A stretch of DNA of 64,000 bases from an uncultured Planctomycetia bacterium (GTDB lineage: Bacteria; Omnitrophota; Gorgyraeia; 2-02-FULL-51-18), in assembly GCA_964402785.1 (NCBI GenBank), contig CAYODQ010000004.1, positions 159-64,158 of the forward strand, given 5' to 3'. The position numbers and the translations under genes are program-made. Positions within the stretch are counted from its first letter, which is position 1. The number at the start of each line of letters is the position of its first letter. This document shows positions 36,606-45,610 of this stretch, piece by piece. The notes below the pieces were generated by a model. The model was given only the letters and a program-made list of their open reading frames with translations. It had not been told where the DNA came from and ran no database searches.

Positions 36606-39033
36606 CAACAAAACGATGGCTTTTCAGAGGGCCGGCAAGCCCGCTTTTCTAGGCATATTCTTTGTATCGCTAGCTACCCTGATCTACGAAATTCTTCTCA
36701 CCCGTATATTCAGCGTTACGATGTGGTTTCATTTTGCATTTGTGGCTGTGTCAATTGCTATGTTTGGCATGACTGTGGGAGCTATTTTGGTCTATTTGTA
36801 TCCTCGTTATTTTCCAGAGCATAAATTGCTGCAACGATTGACTCAGGCATCAATGATGTTCGGGGTGACGGTGCTTTTAAGTTTTTTGGCACACCTTCAC
36901 ATTCCTTTTGTCACGGATGTCTCCTTTAAGAACCTTTTTTTTATTGGACTAACGTATTCGGTTATTTCAGTTCCATTTATTTTTAGCGGAATCTGTATTT
37001 GTCTTATATTGACGCGCTATCCTAAAGATGTAGGGAGATTATATGCGGCGGATCTTGCGGGTGCCGCCATCGGTTGTGTGCTTTTGATCGTGGTTCTTAG
37101 CGTAACAGATGCCTCATCAGCGGTTTTTTTTACGGCCACCCTAGCTTCTCTTGCCGGTGTCTTTTTTGCATCCTCTGATCGCGGCGCTTTTTTTAAGAGA
37201 GCCGTTGCTGTTGCTGCTATACTCGCCGTTGCTTATTTTGCGCATGCTTCTATCAGCGCTTTTACCGGATCACCAATTTTTCGTTTGAAGCTTATAAAGG
37301 GATCCGTCGAGTCAAAGCCTCTTTATGAAAAGTGGAATTCGTTTTCGCGTGTTACGGTCACAGAAGATCCCAATGGGCCGGCTGCTTTTGGTTGGGGTTT
37401 GAGCTCTGTACATGCTAATGATCTGGCTCCCAAAGAGCTGTGGCTTCGTATGGACTCGGGTGCCGCGACTCCCATCACCGAATTTAGCGGAGATTTGTCT
37501 CAGCACCAGTATCTTAAATACGATATAACGAATATGGTGCATTACATTCGGCCCGATGCCAATGTTTTGGTGGTGGGGATAGGAGGGGGGAGGGATATTC
37601 TATCGGCGCTGGTTTTTGATCAGCGTTCTGTGACAGGCGTCGAGATCAATCAGGCGATCATCGATACTGTAAATGGTCCTATGTTTGGTGATTTTTCTGG
37701 TCATCTCGATCTTAACCCAAAAGTTCGTATGATTAACGATGAAGCGCGGAGCTTTGTAGCGCGGTCGAGAGAGAAATTCGACATTATCCAAGTATCATTT
37801 ATTGATACAACCGCGGCTACTGCAGCCGGAGCCTTTGTTTTTACGGAAAACTCTCTTTATACCACCGAAGCGTGGAAGGCTTTTGTCCAGCATTTGACTC
37901 CGGATGGGATATTGTCGTTCTCGCGCTGGTATTATCTGGATCTTTCGGGAGAAATATACAGGATGATATCCATCGCCGATAACGTCCTCAGATCTATGGG
38001 TTTTGAAGATCCGCGCAAACACCTAGTTTGTGTGCGAAATATTCGCGAAGAAGGCATTGGTGAAGTAGGCACTCTCATGCTCAGTCTTTCACCCTTTACT
38101 GCGGAGCAGCTAGCGGAGTTGGATCGATTGAGCGGAGAGTTTAACTTTGAGGTCATGCTAAGCCCTTTAGTTTCCAAAGATCCTGTGTTTGACAAGCTCT
38201 TAGGAGAAGGTGATAAGGAAGAATTTTTAAATAAATTTCCGATCAATATTGCGGCTCCGACGGATGACAACCCATTTTTTTTCAGCATGGTGAGACCTTG
38301 GGATGTGCTTAAAGAAAGTATCACCGGATACAAGTTGGCTACTTTTAATGTCAAGGCTATATTTGTGCTGGCGGCTCTGCTTTTGATCGTCACCGTGCTT
38401 ACGCTGCTATGCATTTTAGTGCCGCTTCTTATGACGGCCGAGAAAAGCAGCCTGCGCGGAACACTGCCACTTCTTTTTTATTTTGCAATGATAGGGCTTG
38501 GTTTCATGTTTATTGAGATATCTCAAATGCAGCGCTTGAGCATATTTTTAGGTCATCCCGTCTATGGGTTATCCGTGGTTCTTTTTACTCTGCTCTTGGC
38601 GAGTGGCGTTGGAAGCTTTATGGTGGGCTCTGGGTCGGTAGATACTGTGGATCATCAGGGCAAAACAAGGCTTTTTGTGCTAATCGGCACGCTTATTCTT
38701 ATTGGTCTATTTACACCTTCTCTGGTAAGGAAGTTTGAGGTTTGTGGCACACCCGTACGCATTATGATCTCCATGTTGGTTTTGACGCCCATGGGGATCA
38801 CGATGGGCATGGCATTTCCCCTAGGGATGCGTTTAGCCGGGAAATATTCGTCATCCCTCACGCCATGGTTATGGGGCATCAATGGCGCAACCTCGGTTTA
38901 TGCTTCGGTTTTGGCGGTGATCGTTGCTATCTCATTTGGAGTTTCGGCCTCGTACTGGACAGGGTTAGTATGCTACTTTGGGGCATTTGTGGCTTTTTTG
39001 GTAGCAATGTATGGGATACGCCGACAATCGTAG
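36595..39033 (+). CDS. Membrane protein with central spermidine-synthase-like SAM domain
   Basis: EILLTRIFS, YAADLAGAA, VLVVGIGGGRD, GVEIN, DEARSFV, ENSLYT.EA, PTDDNPFF, WGINGA. Confidence 0.82.
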   Translation: MSPDNKTMAFQRAGKPAFLGIFFVSLATLIYEILLTRIFSVTMWFHFAFVAVSIAMFGMTVGAILVYLYPRYFPEHKLLQRLTQASMMFGVTVLLSFLAHLHIPFVTDVSFKNLFFIGLTYSVISVPFIFSGICICLILTRYPKDVGRLYAADLAGAAIGCVLLIVVLSVTDASSAVFFTATLASLAGVFFASSDRGAFFKRAVAVAAILAVAYFAHASISAFTGSPIFRLKLIKGSVESKPLYEKWNSFSRVTVTEDPNGPAAFGWGLSSVHANDLAPKELWLRMDSGAATPITEFSGDLSQHQYLKYDITNMVHYIRPDANVLVVGIGGGRDILSALVFDQRSVTGVEINQAIIDTVNGPMFGDFSGHLDLNPKVRMINDEARSFVARSREKFDIIQVSFIDTTAATAAGAFVFTENSLYTTEAWKAFVQHLTPDGILSFSRWYYLDLSGEIYRMISIADNVLRSMGFEDPRKHLVCVRNIREEGIGEVGTLMLSLSPFTAEQLAELDRLSGEFNFEVMLSPLVSKDPVFDKLLGEGDKEEFLNKFPINIAAPTDDNPFFFSMVRPWDVLKESITGYKLATFNVKAIFVLAALLLIVTVLTLLCILVPLLMTAEKSSLRGTLPLLFYFAMIGLGFMFIEISQMQRLSIFLGHPVYGLSVVLFTLLLASGVGSFMVGSGSVDTVDHQGKTRLFVLIGTLILIGLFTPSLVRKFEVCGTPVRIMISMLVLTPMGITMGMAFPLGMRLAGKYSSSLTPWLWGINGATSVYASVLAVIVAISFGVSASYWTGLVCYFGAFVAFLVAMYGIRRQS

Positions 39034-39034
39034 C

Positions 39035-39454
39035 ATGAAAGCATTTCGCTTTTCTGATATCCGTTTAGGGCAACAGAAAAGTAAGCGTTATATTCTCACC
39101 CGAGAGGTGTACGAGGGTTTCCTCGCCACTTTTAAAGACACAAACCCCCTTCATATCGATGATCGTTTTGCCAGAAGAGCCGGATTTAAATCCAAGGTCA
39201 TGCACGGCGCCATTCTTAATGGGTTTATATCGAATTTTATTGGTACTTGTTTTCCGGGAAAACATGCGGTGCTGCACTCGGTTAGCATACAATACCGCGC
39301 TCCTGTTTATTTGGGGGACGCTCTTCTTCTTAGATCAAAAGTTGAACATAAATCGGCAGGCACCAAAACAATTCTTTTGAATATTTCTTGGTTTCACGTT
39401 TCCCCTAAACATCTTGTTGCTACAGCAAAAGTTCAAGTGGGGGAGACCGCATGA
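39035..39454 (+). CDS. MaoC/PhaJ hot-dog dehydratase
   Basis: DTNPLHIDDRFARRAGF...VMHG, PVYLGD. Confidence 0.88.
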   Translation: MKAFRFSDIRLGQQKSKRYILTREVYEGFLATFKDTNPLHIDDRFARRAGFKSKVMHGAILNGFISNFIGTCFPGKHAVLHSVSIQYRAPVYLGDALLLRSKVEHKSAGTKTILLNISWFHVSPKHLVATAKVQVGETA

Positions 39455-40164
39455 AGGTTTTGGTGGTGGGTGGCAGTGGCGGGATAGGCGCAGCTATTGT
39501 TGAGCAGCTATGCGCCGAGGGTAACGAAGTTTGGTTTACGTACCGATCCGGACGGGCTAAAGCGCAGGCTTTGGAGGCTAAAACGCAGGCAAAAAAGATC
39601 GAGTTTGATTCCAACTCCCAGGACTCATTGGATCGTCTGTCGGGGTGGTTGGGGGCAGCAATGCTGGATGGGCTGGTCTATTCAGCAGCCGAAAAATTTG
39701 AGAGAGAGACGCTTTTTAAAATGCAAACAGAGCCTTTTTTGGCCTACATCGATAAAAGCCTTCGCGGCTATTACGCGATCTCGCAAGCGTTCGCTTGCGC
39801 TCTTAAGGGCCGAAAATCACCGGGAGCCGTTGTAAATATCCTGTCCTCTGTTGTGACGGGTTTGCCTCCAGCCAAGCAGGCAAGTTATGTGACATCCAAG
39901 TATGCGCTTTTGGGGCTCATGCGCTGTCAGGCTATCGAGTTTGGGCCGTACCATGTTCGGGTCAACGCCGTGTCTCCCGGGATGGTTCGTACCGATTTTA
40001 ATTCGGATCTTCCAGATCGTTTCATCGAGATCTATGTCGAGTCTTTACCGATGAAGCGCCTTGTTTTGCCTGAAGATGTTGCTAAAGCAGCTTGCTATCT
40101 TTTATCGCCGGAAGCTTCGTTTATCACGGGCATCCAAGTACCTGTGACAGGTGGTGCGGCATGA
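39451..40164 (+). CDS. SDR family oxidoreductase (FabG-like)
   Basis: GGSGGIG, YVTSK, RVNAVSPG, FITG. Confidence 0.9.
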   Translation: MKVLVVGGSGGIGAAIVEQLCAEGNEVWFTYRSGRAKAQALEAKTQAKKIEFDSNSQDSLDRLSGWLGAAMLDGLVYSAAEKFERETLFKMQTEPFLAYIDKSLRGYYAISQAFACALKGRKSPGAVVNILSSVVTGLPPAKQASYVTSKYALLGLMRCQAIEFGPYHVRVNAVSPGMVRTDFNSDLPDRFIEIYVESLPMKRLVLPEDVAKAACYLLSPEASFITGIQVPVTGGAA

Positions 40165-41948
40165 TGAAATACGGCTTAGAGGAACTAGACTATATGCGCC
40201 TTTGCAGGGAAGCAAAGAGGATCCCGCCGCAGGAAGGTGCTAAAAAATTAAAAATAGCCGTGATGGCGGATTTTTCTTCCCAACAATTGACGCTTGTCTT
40301 AAAGGCTCTCTGCCACAAAAGCGGGCTTGCAGCCGAGATCTTGGAAGCCGAGTTTGATTCCATAGATCATATGATCTTGGCCCAAGACTCAGCGTTGGAG
40401 GCTTTTTTGCCGGATCATATCGTGTTGCTCGAATCCACGCAGGCGCTGAGAAACCGATACGGCTCGTTTAAAGGCTCGGCGCAGGAATTTGCTTCTGAAA
40501 AGATACAAGAGTTGGAAAGGCGCTGGAATAAGATACGGCAGAAATACCCAAAGGCTACGATCCTTCAAACGAATTATGTTTTGCCGTACGAAAGGCCGTT
40601 TGGAAACTACGGAAATAGGGTTTCGGGATCTTTTTTGTCATCGGTTCAGCATATCAATGAGGCGGTCTCAAAAGGTAGTGTTTCGGGAGCTAATATTTTC
40701 AGGCTTGATATCGAGTCGCTCGCATCTTATGTAGGCAAAAAAACTTGGTTCGATGAGCGGCTATGGTCGTTGTATAAATACCCTTGTGCTCTTGAATTTC
40801 TTCCATTCATCGCACAATCGATTGTGGATGTGGCCGTGGCGCTTCAGGGCGGCGGCATCAAATGTGTCATACTGGATCTGGACAATACACTGTGGGGTGG
40901 TATTGTCGGAGATGACGGCGTGGATGGGATACAGCTGAGCCATGGCGAAGAAGGGGAGGCTTTCCTTCTCTTCCAATCGTTCCTTTTGGATCTTAAAAAA
41001 CGCGGTGTTCTTTTGGCTGCTTGCAGCAAAAATGATCCGGAGAACGCAAAGCTTCCTTTTACTCAGCGCCCGGAGATGATTCTTAAGCTGGATGATTTTG
41101 CGGTGTTCGTTGCCAATTGGGAGGATAAGCCCGGAAATATTCGGTTGATCCAGGAAACGCTCAATATAGGTTTTGATTCATTGCTGTTCTTGGATGACAG
41201 CGCTTTTGAGCGCAATTTTGTGCGTCAGGCATTACCCGATGTTGTGGTGCCTGAGATGCCGGAGGATCCGGCACAATTCGTTAAGTTTCTCACTGAACTG
41301 AATTTATTTGAAGTTGCATCGCACTCGGAGGCTGATTCTTCGCGTACCCAGATGTATCAAGAGGAGTTCCAACGCAAACAACTCAAGACAAGCTTTGAGG
41401 ATCATGATGATTATTTAAGATCGTTGGATATGAAGATACGGCTTGAGCGCTGTACATTACACCATTTACCGCGCATGGCGCAACTTTTGCAAAGAAGCAA
41501 TCAATTCAACCTTTTGACCCGCCGGTTCACTGAAGCGCAGTGCGAAAGTTTTATGAATGATGAGCGCGGAGTGCTGCCTTTGTGTGTTACGCTGCAGGAT
41601 AAATTCGGGGACTACGGGATGATCTCGAGTGTCGTTGTTTCCTGGGGCCAGCGCGAAGCAGCCATCGAGGAATGGGTGATGAGCTGCCGTGTTCTTTTTC
41701 GGGGCGTCGAGCAGTGCATCATGAATCATGTTGTCGAACAGGCCAAGTCCAGAGGATTTAAGCGGCTCTTGGGCCGCTACATTCCTACGGATAAAAATAA
41801 AATGGTAAAAGACTTCTATTTAGGTTTTGGTTTTGAGCCAAATGGCGCAGCTGCAAATGATGGCAGTCAGCAATGGACGCTGGATCTTGCTCATTATCAG
41901 CCCAAAAAAGTTTGGATGGAGGAAATATCACTCGCTCAGAAAGCATGA
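40161..41948 (+). CDS. FkbH-like HAD-IIIC glyceryl transferase/phosphatase
   Basis: LDLDNTLWGGIVGDDG, CSKND, NWEDK, FLDDS.FER, RSNQFNL, DKFGDYG, MSCRV. Confidence 0.92.
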   Translation: MMKYGLEELDYMRLCREAKRIPPQEGAKKLKIAVMADFSSQQLTLVLKALCHKSGLAAEILEAEFDSIDHMILAQDSALEAFLPDHIVLLESTQALRNRYGSFKGSAQEFASEKIQELERRWNKIRQKYPKATILQTNYVLPYERPFGNYGNRVSGSFLSSVQHINEAVSKGSVSGANIFRLDIESLASYVGKKTWFDERLWSLYKYPCALEFLPFIAQSIVDVAVALQGGGIKCVILDLDNTLWGGIVGDDGVDGIQLSHGEEGEAFLLFQSFLLDLKKRGVLLAACSKNDPENAKLPFTQRPEMILKLDDFAVFVANWEDKPGNIRLIQETLNIGFDSLLFLDDSAFERNFVRQALPDVVVPEMPEDPAQFVKFLTELNLFEVASHSEADSSRTQMYQEEFQRKQLKTSFEDHDDYLRSLDMKIRLERCTLHHLPRMAQLLQRSNQFNLLTRRFTEAQCESFMNDERGVLPLCVTLQDKFGDYGMISSVVVSWGQREAAIEEWVMSCRVLFRGVEQCIMNHVVEQAKSRGFKRLLGRYIPTDKNKMVKDFYLGFGFEPNGAAANDGSQQWTLDLAHYQPKKVWMEEISLAQKA

Positions 41949-42835
41949 TCCAGAGATTATCCAATATGGCTCAAGAGAAGACGCCTTTCTTTTCTGATGT
42001 GTGGAAGCGGCAAGAGGAGGAGTTTGGGCATGCATGGGCCAAGGATCTTTCAGAGAATATTTCAAGCCTGCTTGGCCGGGAGAGCGATGAGAGCTGGGAG
42101 AACATGCTCTTTGGATATGCTGATTTTTCAATGGAGGCCGTGCGGCATCAAAAGTATTTTGAGGAGCATCGCGAATACCAGAAGCTTTCTCCCGATCATT
42201 CGCTCCAGGCCTTTTATGATGATGAGAATTTCATGATGACCACCTATTTGCCGGGTTTGTTTCTTTCACATTATTTGTGGCGGCATCATTACCGTTTGCT
42301 CAACTATTTCAGGCAGGAGGTCTTGGCGGGCTTGGTGCCTCCGAAGATGTTCTATGAGATCGGTGTGGGAACGGGGCTTTATTCCTGCGAGACACTGAAG
42401 GCGTTCCCGCATGCAAAAGGCAAGGGCTTTGATATTTCAAGGTATTCGGTGGATTTTACAAAAAAGCTTCTGGATGCCCACAGTTTGTCCGGGCGTTATT
42501 CGTTGGAGATTGCGGATATATTCAAATCCAAGATATCGCCCGATAGCGCTGATTTTTTGATATGCCAGGAAGTGTTGGAGCACTTAGAGGATCCGGCTGC
42601 GCTTTGCCGTGTTTTACTGAAGATAACAAAGCCCGGTTCAAAGGCGTATATCACGGCGGCGCTCAACGCAGCTCACACGGATCATATTTATCTTTTTCGT
42701 ACTCCCTCTGAAGTGGAAGCAATGCTGCGTGGAGCGGGCTGGGACATCCTGGGATCGCGTTCAGAGTTGGCGTATGACGGGAAGCCGGCAGGCATCACGC
42801 CTTGTGTCGCCGGTTTCCTGTGCAAGAAACCATAA
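41945..42835 (+). CDS. Class I SAM-dependent methyltransferase
   Basis: FYEIGVGTG, GFDIS, EVLEHLEDP, KPG. Confidence 0.85.
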   Translation: MIQRLSNMAQEKTPFFSDVWKRQEEEFGHAWAKDLSENISSLLGRESDESWENMLFGYADFSMEAVRHQKYFEEHREYQKLSPDHSLQAFYDDENFMMTTYLPGLFLSHYLWRHHYRLLNYFRQEVLAGLVPPKMFYEIGVGTGLYSCETLKAFPHAKGKGFDISRYSVDFTKKLLDAHSLSGRYSLEIADIFKSKISPDSADFLICQEVLEHLEDPAALCRVLLKITKPGSKAYITAALNAAHTDHIYLFRTPSEVEAMLRGAGWDILGSRSELAYDGKPAGITPCVAGFLCKKP

Positions 42836-42857
42836 CGCTTTATTCATAGGAGATAAG

Positions 42858-43109
42858 ATGCCGGAAACCAATGCGCAAGATACAAGATCAAAGCTCAATC
42901 GGGTGTTTCAAGAAGTGTTTGGGGATGACTCCATCCAGATTTCGGATAATATGACCGCGAAGGATATCGATGGTTGGGACTCGCTGACCCATGTGAATCT
43001 GATCGTAGCGGTCGAGAAGCGGTTCAAGATCGCGCTCACCACGAAAGAGGTGGTGTCACTGCGCAATGTGGGTGATTTTTATAATCTGATCTTAAAAAAA
43101 ATCTCTTAA
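42858..43109 (+). CDS. Dedicated acyl carrier protein (FkbH-associated type)
   Basis: TAKDIDGWDSLTHVNLI.AVE..F; AGGAG SD before ATG 42858. Confidence 0.92.
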   Translation: MPETNAQDTRSKLNRVFQEVFGDDSIQISDNMTAKDIDGWDSLTHVNLIVAVEKRFKIALTTKEVVSLRNVGDFYNLILKKIS

Positions 43110-43112
43110 TCA

Positions 43113-44519
43113 ATGCCTTTTAATTCGATCGAGTTTTTTGTGTATTTGTGGCTGTCGCTGGCCGCATTTTATGCAACCCCTCTGCGATTTAGGCGGTATA
43201 CGCTTCTCTTTGCTTGTTATTTATTCTATGCGCTTTGGAACCTTAATTTTTTAGGGCTCCTGATCCTTTCAACAGCAATCGCTTACGGTTTGGCTCGATG
43301 GATGCAGCGAGCGGCGGATGCAGGCCAAAAGCGGATCATTTTGCTCGTCGGACTTGTTTATTTTCTCGGCAGTTTTGTTTTTTTTAAAGGTTTGCCAATT
43401 TGGCGCGGACAGTTTTGTTTTCTATCATCCGTGGTCATGCCTATCGGGCTTTCTTATTATACTTTTCGGCTTACGAGTTACCTGATCGATGTGTACTGGG
43501 AAAAAATAAACCCGGAAAATGAGCTGCTAAGCTTTGCATCGTACGCAGCCTTTTTTCCGCATCTTTTGAGCGGCCCAATTCAAAGATCGAATGAATATTT
43601 TCCTCAGCTCCATATCAATAAAAATGAGCCTAATATTGCACTATGGGCCTCCGGATTGCGCCTTATCCTCTGCGGTCTTTTTAAGAAACTTGTTATTGCG
43701 GATAATATTGGAGTGGTTGTGGATAATGTTTTTGGCCATGCTTCAATGTATAACTCAACGGCACTCTGGATAGCTGTGTACGCTTTTTATATCCAAATAT
43801 ACGCCGATTTTTCGGGGCTAGCCAATATCGCGATCGGTGCTGGTCAGTTGTTCGGAATTGATTCGCCGCCCAATTTTAATGCGCCTTATATGGCCAAGAA
43901 TGTGCAAGATTTCTGGAGGCGCTGGCATATGACGCTATGCCGATGGATTAATGATTATTTGTTTTTACCATTAAGAATGTTTTTGAGGGGTCAGGGAAAT
44001 GCTGGGTTAGTTTTGAGTGTTTTTATCAGCATGTTGGCTATAAGTCTTTGGCATGATGTTTCGTCGGGTTTTATTGCGTTTGGTATCATCCAGGGAACGC
44101 TGATTAGTATTTCTACTTTTAGCATGAGGCCGCGCGACGACTTTTTTAAGTGTCATAAAAGCTTGGCTCGTCTGCGTTCCATTGCAGGCGTATTCATTAC
44201 GTTTCATTTAATGGTATTTTCTTTTATTTTTTTTCGCTCGACTACCGCTGCGGCTGGATTTGATTATATACGCGGCTTATTTGCGGGATCGTTCAAATTC
44301 ACCGGGCTTGGGATGGGTTTAGGGCCCAAAGCTTTGATGGGATGTTTCTTGGCGTTGATTTTGGCCGAATTATTTGAATACTCACTCAAGACTCGAGGCC
44401 GGTGGGGTTTTGAACGCTTGCCTCAAGCGTCCCGATGGGGTGTCTATTATGGGATGATGGGTGCCTTTTTATGGTTTGGTCGATTTTGGCCCAAAGAATT
44501 TATATATTTTAAATTTTGA
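43113..44519 (+). CDS. MBOAT O-acyltransferase (AlgI/DltB-like)
   Basis: MPFNS..F, PIGLSYYTF, FFPHLLSGPI, KKLVIAD, QIYADFSG, NFNAPY, DFWRRWHMTL, LWH, FIYFKF. Confidence 0.93.
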   Translation: MPFNSIEFFVYLWLSLAAFYATPLRFRRYTLLFACYLFYALWNLNFLGLLILSTAIAYGLARWMQRAADAGQKRIILLVGLVYFLGSFVFFKGLPIWRGQFCFLSSVVMPIGLSYYTFRLTSYLIDVYWEKINPENELLSFASYAAFFPHLLSGPIQRSNEYFPQLHINKNEPNIALWASGLRLILCGLFKKLVIADNIGVVVDNVFGHASMYNSTALWIAVYAFYIQIYADFSGLANIAIGAGQLFGIDSPPNFNAPYMAKNVQDFWRRWHMTLCRWINDYLFLPLRMFLRGQGNAGLVLSVFISMLAISLWHDVSSGFIAFGIIQGTLISISTFSMRPRDDFFKCHKSLARLRSIAGVFITFHLMVFSFIFFRSTTAAAGFDYIRGLFAGSFKFTGLGMGLGPKALMGCFLALILAELFEYSLKTRGRWGFERLPQASRWGVYYGMMGAFLWFGRFWPKEFIYFKF

Positions 44520-45556
44520 TGATCAGACGCTTCATTAAATATTTTGGTTTCAGAATGGCGATATTTTTTTTACCTATCGCTCTGCTAATGTCTTTCCCAG
44601 CCTGGGTTCTTTGGGTTTCGGGAGAGTGGACTCCCATGGATAAAGTTGTGCAAGCACAGCAAGTATTAAAAGTGCCTTTGAGAGTGGGTTTGGCGTATAG
44701 CAACCCAGCCAAATATTACAAACTCAAGTCGCTTATGGCCAGAAATGCCGAAATCGTTGCTTTTGGGAGCTCTCACTTGATGGCGTTTCGCGAAAATTTT
44801 TTTACTCCCCGCACTTTTTACAATGCAGCTGTGGGCGGATCCCGTCTTAATGATTTTGAGAAATTCATCTCACATGTGCCGATAGATTGCCAGCCCAAGA
44901 TCTTGATCGTGGGGTTGGATCCTTTTTTTGCCAAACCTGATTTTGATTGGTCCCAAAAGGAAGAAGATCGCTTCGACCGTCGAGCGGGGCCGCTGGATGC
45001 TATTCGCATCCTGGGAACTTCCTGGAAAAGTGTTTACAAGGATCTTTTCTTGGGCAAGTTTTCCGCGAGTCAACTATTGGCCGCGAATGATATGGACGAT
45101 AAGCCCATAGGTCTCGAGGCGGTTGTGAAAGGAAGTGGATTTTTGAATGACGGGGCTTATTTCCATAATAAGCCCGCATCCGCAGCCGAAGGTGAGGCGC
45201 CCGACCGTTCCAATTTAAAAGACGGGGAAACGTACGACGAAGTCGGGATAAACATGTTGGATCGTTTTTTGCAGATATGCCATGACCGCAACCTACGTGT
45301 GATCGGTATCTTGCCGCCCGTGCGTGAGCGCGTATACGATCAGCTAAACTCATCCGGATATTTATATTGGAAGGAGCTACCTAAAAAACTTGAACCCTTT
45401 TTTAAAAGTAGGGGTTTTTCGATATATGATTTTTCAAGCCCATCTTTTTATGGCGGAAATGACGCGGAATTCTATGACGATTTTCATGCTGCCGAAGACG
45501 CATATAGACGCGTTGCAGATAAGATTATCGAGTTAGAACAGCTTTCCAAGCCCTAA
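44519..45556 (+). CDS. Membrane-anchored SGNH/DltD-like protein (MBOAT partner)
   Basis: N-terminal TM, IVAFGSSH, FYNAAVGG, LIVGLD, ILPP, FYDDFH (DxxH); TGATG-coupled to MBOAT. Confidence 0.65.
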   Translation: MIRRFIKYFGFRMAIFFLPIALLMSFPAWVLWVSGEWTPMDKVVQAQQVLKVPLRVGLAYSNPAKYYKLKSLMARNAEIVAFGSSHLMAFRENFFTPRTFYNAAVGGSRLNDFEKFISHVPIDCQPKILIVGLDPFFAKPDFDWSQKEEDRFDRRAGPLDAIRILGTSWKSVYKDLFLGKFSASQLLAANDMDDKPIGLEAVVKGSGFLNDGAYFHNKPASAAEGEAPDRSNLKDGETYDEVGINMLDRFLQICHDRNLRVIGILPPVRERVYDQLNSSGYLYWKELPKKLEPFFKSRGFSIYDFSSPSFYGGNDAEFYDDFHAAEDAYRRVADKIIELEQLSKP

Positions 45557-45610
45557 CCTCTTTGCTATCATAAAGTAGATTCCGTAACTATATATTTAAA
45601 AAGGACTTAG

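Noticed and set aside
39035-43109. PKS or secondary-metabolite cluster
   Set aside because: No ketosynthase or NRPS; the MBOAT/SGNH pair and glycan context point to envelope acylation
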